NCBI GenBank assembly: GCA_000934665.2
Contig: KZ538603.1
Span: forward strand, 62,001 to 126,000
DNA from: Catajapyx aquilonaris
Lineage: Eukaryota
Length of the DNA stretch: 64,000 bases
Direction: 5' to 3'
Below the pieces are notes generated by a model. That model saw nothing but the letters and a program-made list of their open reading frames with translations, searched no databases and was not told where the DNA came from. How positions within the stretch are numbered: the stretch's first letter is position 1; the number at the start of each line of letters is the position of its first letter. Below, piece after piece: positions 53,582 through 64,000 of the stretch. The translations under genes and the position numbers were made by a program.

Positions 53582-53966
53582 CGAGGAGAAAGAATTTATT
53601 TTTCACGGAGTACATTAAGCAGGTCCCAGGTTGATATTGTGCTTTTCGAGATAGTCCCCATTGAGTTGCACGCACTTGGCCCAACATTTCTGGCGGTCGT
53701 GGAAGACATGCTTCAACCCATTTTTGACAGCCTCCGCCTTCTTCATAATGGCTGTTGATGATCCACTACATTTTCGGTAGGCCAATTTCCACCATGCATA
53801 CGTCTTTGGCTCAATGCTATTCGACGCAAGCGTATATACAAGCTCATAATTTATTAGTCAATCCCACAAGACCTGATCTTCCCCCCCCAAGAAATAGTTT
53901 CGCCGCCGTATGTCCACAACGTGATCACGTGAAAAAACATTTTAATTTTTTATTGACTCGCCCTCG
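53582..53966 (-). mobile_element. mariner deletion derivative
   Basis: TA-CGAGG...CCTCG-TA ends. The minus strand KHVFHDRQKCWAKCVQLNGDYLEK is a mariner transposase C-terminus. Confidence 0.8.
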
Positions 53967-55396
53967 TATTAAAAAATCTTAAGTTGCGTGACTGTTTCAT
54001 CGCCTTGGCGTGGCCATCTCGGCCACCAAAATTACAATATGATGGCAGGTATTAATGCTGCCTCGTCCATGTTGGAACTAGAATCCGTCTCCAGGGTGAT
54101 TAATTCATCAACTTTGCACCGTTGTCGCATTTACGGACTGTTGCCTTTGGCAGAGTAACCGCCTGTATGATGCCAGAGTATTTTGCTCATTACGTAACAG
54201 CAACAAAGGGCTACACAACTCTGAATTTGATTATAGATGCGGAGGTACTTGTATATTGTGTATTACTATTGTACTGTGTGATCAACACATGAAGAAGACC
54301 TCTCTGGGATTCTCGTAACACGCTGAGGCAGACGATTACTGAATCCGCGTCATTTGAGTCGATAGGCCTACTGAAATTAAAGTTTTGTAATATATTGTTA
54401 CACTACTTTCGGCAATAACACTTCTGTTCATTGTGAGATGCATAATATGCCCGTTGTTGGTTTATATTACCATCGCACTCGGTAATTTGTTGAAATGTAT
54501 AGGTTAAAGTTTTTATGTTACGAGTAATATCAAATGTGAGAGTGAACCGCCGCGCCGCTTCTTTGCTGTTGATTTTATTCCAAGCGTACAGTATAATATT
54601 ATGATTATACTCATATTACCAAATGTTTCTCAGCTTATTGCCACAAGTCGCATGAAAAAAATTCACTTTATTTCTTGGCTGCCGGAAACAGACTATTATA
54701 ATACCATGAAATTATGAATAGGTAAGTAACAGGAATATTATTATTACATTTTGCTAATGGATATGTTCCCAGATAGTTTGTGCCTTGAACCGTCATTATT
54801 TTAGTGGAAGTTTTTCCTGATGTACGATGAAATTTAAAAAAAATACATTCCGGTATTGCGGAAGTCCGCATTTGGAATCCACAATTTTCCGATTTTTTCC
54901 GATTTTAAAATAGCCACTGATAGCTAATTTTTATAAATTTTTTCTAGAAATGTTACCTAATTCCCGATCTTTAGAGTTGCATATTGTGTATTAAGAGAGT
55001 CATTTAATAAAATGAACCATTTAGGCACAAGAGTTAAACGCAAGTTAAACCCCTTCAATTGGGGTAACACAACAGCGGACCGTGATTTTGGGCACATTAA
55101 TGCCCTAAATTTAATGCCACTGTTAGTGAACAACTGGCAACTCAAAAAATGTTCAATTGAATGACCCAATGGAACAAAAGCCCAAGTCCACATGGTTTTT
55201 AACCTGGACTTGGGCTTTTGTTCCGTTGGGCCATTCAATTCCATTGGCATAAAAATTAAAACAAAAATGACTGAAGGTTTTTGACGCCTTTCTGAGGCGA
55301 TTTTAATATGAAATATATTGCAGAATTGCGAATTTCAAATACGGATATCCGCAGTATCGGAACAGATATGACCAAACTGAGTTTCTCTTGTTCATC

Positions 55397-55399
<3 letters not shown>

Positions 55400-55462
<63 letters not shown>
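55400..55462. repeat. (ATT)n microsatellite
   Basis: Direct inspection. Confidence 0.95.
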
Positions 55463-56821
55463 GGAACAACTTAAACGGGTTACATCGAATTTTACATACA
55501 ACTGGTTTAAAAAAAATGAAACGTTCCGAGTACTATGGTAATGTTTATTTATTAAAGTCTTTTGTTACCATGCCTAAATCATAGTGCACGTCGATAAAAA
55601 TTCATGCCTCTTATCTGAAGGTTAAATACGAGGGCCGTACTAAAATTATTTACTATTTATTTTTTTGCCACAAATACAGTGCCCGTACAGGTCGGCAGAT
55701 AGTCACATATTATAGATATAATCCTCCTGGAGCCGAATACACAGGAGTCATGGGTGTGGAACATCTCCGTGCCCTCCAGGAGCCATTTTTTGGAGGTTAG
55801 GTGCACCCCCTCCCGGACAACTACTTAGAGTCAACAATGTCCTCGAAATTGCTTCAGCGAAGGAGTTTTTTTCGTGGATCTGAACAGGTAAAAGTCACTG
55901 GGAGCCAAGTCGGGTGATTGCAGCGGGTGTCGAAGCACCCAAACCCAGATCCATGAAAAAAAAACCTTGGTCGGCGACATTTCGAGGACATTGTTGACAG
56001 TTGTTTACGTTGTTGATTGTGCACAGTTGTCCGGTATTGGGTGCATCGCACCTTGCACATCCCCTCCCAGTGCCCCTGCCCGTAGGCCCAGGCGCTTCTA
56101 ACATGGCCTCCCCGAATACCCCGTAAGGGGTGGCAAGGGGTATTACACCTTTATCAGGATCCGGGTGTACAGTATAACCCCGCGACAGAGGACGAAACTG
56201 TGTCCTTGACTAAATAGTTTAAAATATCCATTGCTCGCACTGTCTCCAGACTTACTCCATCAACTACTGCCCCTATTTACCTTTTCAACAACACTGCAAA
56301 TGTCACTTGTTCTTCTCTTTATACAAGTAGAGTTGCTGGACACGGTAGGCGCATTTTTGAGGGAACTTTATTTGTTTGTGGCGAAACACGGCGTTAATCT
56401 GGAAAAACACGAACTAGGGCACCTGCGAAGAGGTTTGGCCTTTACAATGATACCATACTCGACATGATTTCATTAAAACTGTGGACATATGTCCACAGAA
56501 ATGTGTCCGAATTTCACGCGATTTCTGCCGCCATGTTATTCAAATGGACTTTTCGAAAGCGTCGTTTTCCACTCACTTGAACTCGTCCTAACTGTCACTT
56601 CTAGGCCGAAAATGGGAAAATAACGAACTAGTGCACCTGCGCCAGATCATATGCAATTTTTTATGAAATTTCTATGTCGATTGAACCATTTTTGCGGCCG
56701 TACGTCCCCAGAAATGTAGACATGTCGAATCCCCAAATGCTGCCCATGCATAAGCGAGTTTGTTTAGGTCGTCGCCAAGGGCTCGCATTGTTACCGAATT
56801 TTTTGGTACTGCGCCGCCTTA

Positions 56822-57004
56822 AGGCCCATTCACACAGGCCGTCGACGGTTTTGGTTTCTGGTCGCGTTGACACCGTGGACCAATCATGACCCATGTAAAC
56901 AAGCTCTAAACAATGGGTTGTGCTTGTTTACATGATTCATGATTGGTCCGCGGTGTCAACGCGACCAAAAACCAAAACCGTCGACGGCCTGTGTGAATGG
57001 GCCT
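56822..57004. mobile_element. PIF/Harbinger MITE, palindromic
   Basis: AGGCCCATTCACAC...GTGTGAATGGGCCT with TTA TSD. Confidence 0.85.
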
Positions 57005-57828
57005 TTAATGTCCTCATACAAAATGTGCAACTGCTCAAAAGTGTTTTTTTATCTCTTCATGTACCAGCACCTGCAGATGACTAACAATTGGCAATAATAC
57101 TAATAGCATCACTATTCAGACCAATAATTTTCTCTGCGTAGCATGAAAAGGTTACAGGCCACATTTTGATCCATTTTTTATCAGTTATTAAAATTGCGAC
57201 ATAAAATAAATAAAACTATGCAACTGCACGTGTGAGACAAATTCTTTCCCTCTCTTCAGTGAATTCAAAGAAGTAGGCCTAATTATGCAATACACATTCT
57301 GATGAAGAATTGTTGCATCGCCTACATTTTGTGCATCCTAATGAGAGTTTTTTCTAGTCGAAACATCTTTGACGGACTTGGTTCCTGGAAATATGGATTT
57401 TTCTAAATTTAAAAAAGTGAATCTTGTGTGAAAGAAAGTGGTCCATGATTATGAGACCACATAGAGAAATGATCTGCAGCTCAAGCAGATTCTTTGTTGG
57501 CTTATCCATGACCAGAACGCCCAATCTGCAGTCCCACGTATTTTGTATTGGATTTAAGTACAGTAGAACCCCTTGTATCCGACCGTCCCGTAATCCCGTT
57601 CCAGCAATAAATGTATGTTTTCTCATCAAATACTGTAATACAGGTCTACTAATAATAATTAGTTTTGTATTGGCTTAGTTAAATTTCAATCCCCAAATCA
57701 TGACAGAGTGGGAGCTTTGCCAGTGTTTGTCAGGCAATCTATAGGATGAACCTACTCAACCTCGATGTCTTATGTACTGCATTGCATCAGGTCCGTTGTA
57801 GGCTGAAGTGAGCTTCATTTAAGTTTAA

Positions 57829-58275
57829 AGGGACACTCCACTCAAAATACAAGTTGGGTTCTAAAAATCGGGCAAAAAATCCTGATTCCGAGGGTATAAG
57901 CAGTTTTCCTTAGAGACGAACGGTAAGGCCAGTGTGAAAGCTGGAAGTGTGTCGTTCGAAAACCGCGCGCGGGGCAGGTGGGCGCACACCTGCGCCCACC
58001 TGCCCCGCGCCAGAGTGGAACCGGGCGGACCTAGAGAAGGTTATCAACAAACAACTGCCGCGCCAGCCTGGCGCGGCTCTCCTCTTCTCTCCTTCTCTAC
58101 TTCTCCGGTTTGCCGCGAGATGCTGTTGTATCGCCCTTCTTAGCAGACGACTTGTGTAGATATATGATTTTCCGTGTTACCGTTGGGCGTAGAAAAAAAA
58201 ACGATTGCACATTCGGAATCAGGATTTTTTGCCCGATTTTTGGGGGCCAACTTGTATTTTGAGTGGAGTGTCTCT
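57829..58275. mobile_element. Kolobok-type MITE
   Basis: TTAA TSD with AG..CT termini and about 60-bp TIRs (AGGGACACTCCACTCAAAATACAAGTTGG). Confidence 0.8.
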
Positions 58276-60393
58276 TTAAGCGCAATACATGTTCCCAATT
58301 ATCTATAGTCCAGTCCGTGCATTGATTGCTTCAATTCAACGTGGCCTTCTGACGGTTTCAGTCAACATGTTTCATTTTTGACCTGTATGCTGAATGATCC
58401 ATTTTGATGACCACATATTCATAGCGCGAAAATTTGTATGGTGGGTTGTTCTTCAAATTCACCGACAATTCGCCTTGAGGATATTTTTAGGCTTTAGAAT
58501 CAATTATTCTACTTCAATAAGCGGCCTTCCCTTGGGTTGGTGGATTTTGCCTCCTCACTGTCAACATTTACAGCTGTCTGGTTTCGTCTCAATCATTGGG
58601 CGAGAAATATTTTGATTACAAGCGAGCTTCTCAGCTGCAGAGATAACATCCAACCCTTTCTTCGAGAGAATACCTATCGCCAGTCGCTTTTGTGGTGCTC
58701 ATTCTTTTTCGGGCCCGTGACAAAAATAGAATACGTGATGAGTGGACCTGTGTCCGTGTTTGTCAGATATCCAGGAAATATGCTTTTACAGATACCTATG
58801 TATAATTAGGGGAATCACGACCGTATCATATGGTGTAAATGATCCCAGCGATTCAGGGAAGCAAGTCATCAAAAATGTTTTGAATTAGACCGGAAATCCA
58901 GAAGTTACCGGTACCCTCCTTTTTGTGCATGAAATGTAGGTTATGAAATAACTTTTCGCAGGAGTTGTAGTAGTTAGCCTTGTTACATTGATGGCATGCT
59001 CCTAGAGGTTTTTTTCATTTTGTCCGAAATAGCCTTCCCAGTCAAAATAATAGCTCTTCTAGCGATACCTTTTTACAAAGAATTTCTCATTTTAACACGA
59101 TCAAATGAATACTCATGATGTTATACTTTTGGAACAGAAATTCATTCTCACAATTTCCAGAAAACTATAGAAGTGGTTTCCCCATGTGACGCAACAAGTG
59201 GTGATCGCTTGAAGCGAAGGCATTCCGGTAAATGCTCAGGAATTTGTGTGTATCTTGTGGGTGCCCAATAGTCACGTAATAATCTATATATAGAAGCAAT
59301 CCTGTGGATGTCGAGTTATACTGGTGATTATTCCCACATATCCTATTAAGCCCATGACATAAAAATTATAGGTACGGCAACCAATTAGGCATGCTACTGT
59401 ACGTAGCCTACTACTTACATGGTAAAAGCATCCTCATACCTAATGCTAGTGAACAGAAAATATCCTGGGTTGCTGGATCATGATGAATCTTGAGGATTGA
59501 ATGGACTTCACCAGGCTGCATAAAAGGCAGAATAAATGCTACTTAATGGCTTAAATAACTGAAAACCGCAAAAATTCAACTTTGTAGATTTCTCCTGCAT
59601 GCTCACAATATCTCATTCATACTCAGAAGTTTTGAAATGTTTATAATTATGAAAACTCTGGTAATGCATCCTTGATATTCTTTGATGGCTTATTCCTTTC
59701 CGGACTGGTCACAGTCGCTTCCTCCCTGTTTTATGACACTACTTTACCTGAGAGCCCATTCTCAGTGATAAACTGGTGTAAATATTAGGCCAACAGAGGT
59801 CATTAATAAAGCAGATGAAGCAAATCCTCATTACTTTTGAATGGACTCCACTTATCCACCCTCGCTCATTGCACAACCTCGAAACCGTTCTGCATCACAC
59901 GTGGGATGTGAAACATTAAGTTCATCTTAGTCAAGTGTCGTATAATGTTTGAATTCTCTTTTGCTGTTGGCAAGTGACGAGAAGCTCTAAATAAGCGTCA
60001 TTTTGAAACAGTGTCAATGGAATTTCAATTGGTGTAAGATGAGGCCACATTCACCTTGTTAAAATCACTTGATATTGTGGATACGGTATACTGTATCTTA
60101 CAAAATTGCTTATCTTTTCGTGTCGTGTTTGGTCTTCGCTGCTTCCAAGTAATGACATGCAAAATGCATTGCACTGATGCTTCCGAGAATAATATACGGT
60201 CCTGTATATTGCAATATATGGATTACTAATATGCTCCCTTTTTTGGAATGAAAATTAAGTACATTGTGTGAAAACTTCAGTGATTATCAGGAAAAAAACT
60301 TACTTGGACTACTGTACATGCTGTAATTAAAACACGCACATGCCCACACATCATTTACGTGCCATTCGTCCTCGCGGTCGAGTAGTGAGTATA

Positions 60394-61432
60394 CAGGGTG
60401 AAGGGAAATTCGCGCCCAATCGCCAGGTAGACTGATAGTACTCGCAAAACTAATATAGGAATGTGTAATTAGTTTTGGCCGCCGCGCCGTTGCGTAGTTA
60501 ATTCGTACGGCGCCGTTAAAGTGTAGAGGGCCGGATGGTAAATATGAGGTAAAAACGACAAAGTGCAGGGTGCCGTACCCGGATTCTTACTCTGACGGGA
60601 TTTGATCGCCTATTGCACATGGACTATGAGCAAAGAACGGATTTCTAGGTCTTTACCTACTTTTTATGTTGTGAGCAGAACACCGGAACCAAGATATCTA
60701 TCCGTTTTATAACACAAGGACCTCAAAAATCGTAGTGTCATAAAACCTAAAATTGCCTGTTTCGGACGTTGGTGCCTAAATGGCCTATTAGCGCCTATTT
60801 TCACATATTTACGCCTTTTCGCAATATTTTCGGCAGTTTTTACGTGTTTTCCGTTCAAGTCATCTCTCCCGCTTCAACCTTTGAATAGCGAAGAGACATG
60901 CCGGATGAACTGGTTGTACAAGGCGTTTAACTTTTCAAGAAGGATCCAGTTGTTTTGTGTGACGTCAAAAGGTCATTTTCAGCGTATAAAGTTGTACTGT
61001 CACACATGCATTGCCGACAAATAATAATTTTAAAAGCTAAAATACGGAACAATTGCCGAAAATATTACGAAAAGGCGTCAAAAAGGCGGGGACTGGAAAT
61101 AAATTAGGATCTGCTTGATTTTTAGTGCTTATTTAAGAGCCTATTTTAACTGTTTCCAGGACCTAAATGTCTACCTATTTGAGGTTTTTTTTAGAACTTA
61201 TAAATCCGTTCTTTGACGATGAGTTACGGGCCCAAGGCCGGATTATTCGGAGGCCTTCCAGCTGACTTTGTTTATTTGATACTGGTGGAGCGTGTATGAC
61301 GTCACGAAACTTTAAAGACGCCGTACGCATTGACTATGCAACGGCGCCCAAAACTAATTGCACATTCCTATATTCGTTTTGCGAGTACTATCAGTCTACC
61401 TGGCGATTGGGCAAGAATCTCCCTTCACTCTG
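60394..61432. mobile_element. Tc1/mariner MITE with ~135-bp TIRs, carrying a nested element
   Basis: TA-CAGGGTGAAGGGAAATTC...GAATCTCCCTTCACTCTG with arms at 60394-60530 and 61305-61432. Confidence 0.75.
60631..61215. mobile_element. Nested hAT/P-like MITE
   Basis: TIR CAAAGAACGGATTT/AAATCCGTTCTTTG with 8-bp TSD ACTATGAG/ACGATGAG. Confidence 0.75.
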
Positions 61433-61628
61433 CATATAAGTATATACGTATACTCAGGTCTGGCAACTTCCTCTCTTATCGCGTGGATCTTGAGAGTCTC
61501 GGCCACCTGCTCGCTGATCCTGCAAAAGACAAGGAGCGACACTACCCCACTGCGGCCAGAATTATTACTAAATTATTATTCAGAACGGATCAGCCCACGG
61601 ACACTACCCCTATCTTCTGGGCTTATCA

Positions 61629-61929
61629 CCTGCCGAGGGATTACGCACCGGGTGCTCACTTGACAGCGCCATGAGACATTTTCCAGAGCATTTATGTGGC
61701 GACCCTACCGGACTAAGGCTGAACTTTATAGGTACGAAGGGGAGGGCTATGGGAGGGCTACATGCTGGCCCAACATGGCCGCAGGCGGCCATGTTGGGCC
61801 CCCCAATGTAGCCCTCCCCTTCGTACCTATAAAGTTCAGCCTTAGTCCGGTAGGGTCGCCACATAAATGCTCTGGAAAATGTCTCATGGCGCTATCAAGT
61901 GAGCACCCGGTGCGTAATCCTTCGGCAGG
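61629..61929. repeat. ~300-bp near-perfect palindrome
   Basis: CCTGCCGAGGGATTACGCACCGGG...CCCGGTGCGTAATCCTTCGGCAGG with a tiny central loop and no TSD found. Confidence 0.8.
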
Positions 61930-62542
61930 GGGTGGGTGGGGAGTGACCTAACCTGAGTCTTCTACAGCCGTGGAACGGATTATGAGAACGTGGATGCGAA
62001 CATGCTCCAGTGCTAAGGAACGAACGGACCATGCCTACTAGATTTGAATTGGCGGTTTGGGAGTCTTGGTCCGCGCCGTCCGCCGTGTTCCGCCACCAGA
62101 TTCGCTGTGTGCCGCCTGTTGGTTGAAGTAACTGAAGGAACGGAACAAGCGCCGAAACTGAAGCGAAGCGGCAACCCACCTAACTACTGATATGCCGCTC
62201 TAAGGTCACGGGGATCTGACGGGGAAACCCATATGAAAAAACCGACTTGCAGTGAGGTGTTCGGCCTGATTTTCTGCACATGGATGAAGGGAACACCTCA
62301 TGGCAATGATACTATGACTTCCATATTAACATGACAACAAAATCTGGTCAGATTACAATGATGCTACCTACTGTAGATAGTTTGTGCGAGGACGAAATAT
62401 GGGAAGCGAACGAGTTCCTTTGATTCGAATCGCGCAGGTACAACGACACTGGAAAAAGAGACGATATGGCAGGGGAAAGTAAATGGCTGCATTGGCTCAT
62501 TTTCAGTCCCATCAGTTAAAATTTATGTGTGGGAATAATATA

Positions 62543-63101
62543 CAGGGTGTCCACAAGGAACCTCCCTAGTTTCAAAGGGCGGTAAAAAATAGAAATGCGG
62601 AGGTATTTAAGGTTTCGGTTGTTTAAATGGTCTGGAGATTCACCAAGTTTAATCCTGAATTTTTGGAATGGCCTATGTGATGCGGTGGTGCTCCTGTGGG
62701 GGATGATATTGGAAGACGGAAACATGGCATCTACAGAGGAAAAAATGCAATTTATTTGGTGGTTAGCCGAGCTGAAGTTGATCATAGAAGTGCTGGACAT
62801 GTCGCCTTTCCACAACTCCCAAGACAGTCTGTGCAACCAAAGTGGACAGCCCAAATAATGACGTGTCGTCCATCACCATTGTCCATTGACATGATGGAGA
62901 GAATCTCGGGGGAGGGAGATTATTGGCTTAAAATTGTGCTTGCTAGTAAAGAAGCACACGTGGAAGGCTACTGATTTTTAAAATACATAAACTTGATGAG
63001 TGTCCCTTCTCATTTGGGCAATTTCGACACCATGATCCAGTTACTTAAGTAATAGTTGTAGTAGCAAGTTGAAATTAGGGAGGTTCATTTTGGACACCGT
63101 G
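62543..63101 (+). mobile_element. Tc1/mariner deletion derivative with transposase N-terminus
   Basis: TA-CAGGGTGTCCA..GAACCTCCCTA / TAGGGAGGTTC..TGGACACCGTG-TA. MASTEEKMQFIWWLAELK resembles a mariner-type N-terminus. Confidence 0.75.
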
Positions 63102-64000
63102 TACAGTATATTGACTTGTGGAACATGACAAGTGTTACTTGTATGTTGTATCTGTTACTTGGTCTTTCTGTGCAAAGAGAACACTTCCCTAGAATTGATA
63201 ATAAATTGTTAACTCGTCATAAGCATGTGCCTTTTCCTAGATTATTTTTTGTCTGATATGCTGTGAACAATAATTATTATTTGATCGCGTATTATGTTGA
63301 AGAATATTTTAGCCGCTGGGGCGAGGGAATGGGAAGGTAGGTGTCACAGCCTACAGTATATTTTCGATAATATCTTGGCATTGATCTGCAAGTGAACTGT
63401 TACGAAAAGGCAGGATTGCCACGTTCGGGAACATGTAAGACCTCCAGAATTGAAGTTTGATGGTATCACACTATGGCCGATTGTATGAAGGCAAATTAAA
63501 CACGCGGAAAAATTGGGGTTTTCAAAAAAACATCTTTACAAAAAATGTTCTCCCATATTCGGGGGGTTGGGTAGTACGGTCGCGTGAGCACGTCACATAC
63601 AACACAAAAATGTCCAAATGAAATGTATTGTCTCCGTCGCGTCGGCCAGAATAGTGGTTATTAGAGAGGTGTTGGGGTAATAGGTTCAAATACACATTAC
63701 TAAACCATTTAATATAAGAATTACATTGATTGTGCATGGGGAGTAATCGCCTTACAGGTCAATCTAAACAATGCATCTTCCATCCGGCTGACGAGTCAAT
63801 GGCCCCTCGTCTAGCTTACTTTTACTTTTTTATTGCATCCATTGTTCACCAACACATTCCAGAGAGTTGCCTCCTGATGTCATCATTATTTAGAAGTATT
63901 CGCTGATACAGTATGATGCTATGCACTCTAGACATTATAGTGCATGATGGTGTGCTACTTGTCTATCTTTGTCAACAGAACCCTTCTAGTCCTATAAACC

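Noticed and set aside
58800..60250. Decayed coding relic in a second CpG-poor stretch
   Set aside because: I could not recover any diagnostic protein motif, so it is left unassigned.
1..64000. Most ORFs in the six-frame track as real genes
   Set aside because: They are short, lack recognisable domains and often derive from microsatellites or N gaps. Mirror-image pairs (21185/24108, 42761/42841, 61610/61694) are by-products of palindromes.
1..64000. CRISPR array, operon or other prokaryotic/viral system
   Set aside because: There is no regularly spaced repeat-spacer array and no dense long ORFs. The sequence is eukaryotic repeat-rich DNA.

Overview
Eukaryotic, repeat-rich, almost entirely non-coding DNA. 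It is probably from a large-genome hemimetabolous insect; this is inferred from the tRNA-SINE types, MITE superfamilies, TCAGT initiators and a CpG-depleted domain. No intact protein-coding gene is recognisable and most ORFs in the track are spurious. The window is dominated by non-autonomous DNA transposons of many superfamilies (Tc1/mariner, pogo/Tigger, piggyBac, hAT, PIF/Harbinger, Kolobok, a Mutator-like foldback), many of them near-perfect palindromes, plus tRNA-derived SINEs with target-site duplications (TSDs). The best-supported large feature is a 3.56-kb AcademX-type transposon (20961-24522). It has TAG...CTA ends, an ATA TSD, terminal inverted repeats (TIRs) of about 650 bp and a decayed transposase/XPG reading frame with an internally inverted segment. 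At 2.4-17.3 kb there are CpG-rich promoter-like islands flanking a CpG-depleted domain, with candidate spliced exons on both strands (tentative). I found no clear new protein-based system. The most novel-looking signals are structural: the Academ inversion, a covarying SINE 3' hairpin, minimal palindromic elements and a candidate lncRNA/small-ORF locus. All coordinates and family assignments were made by eye, without database searches.
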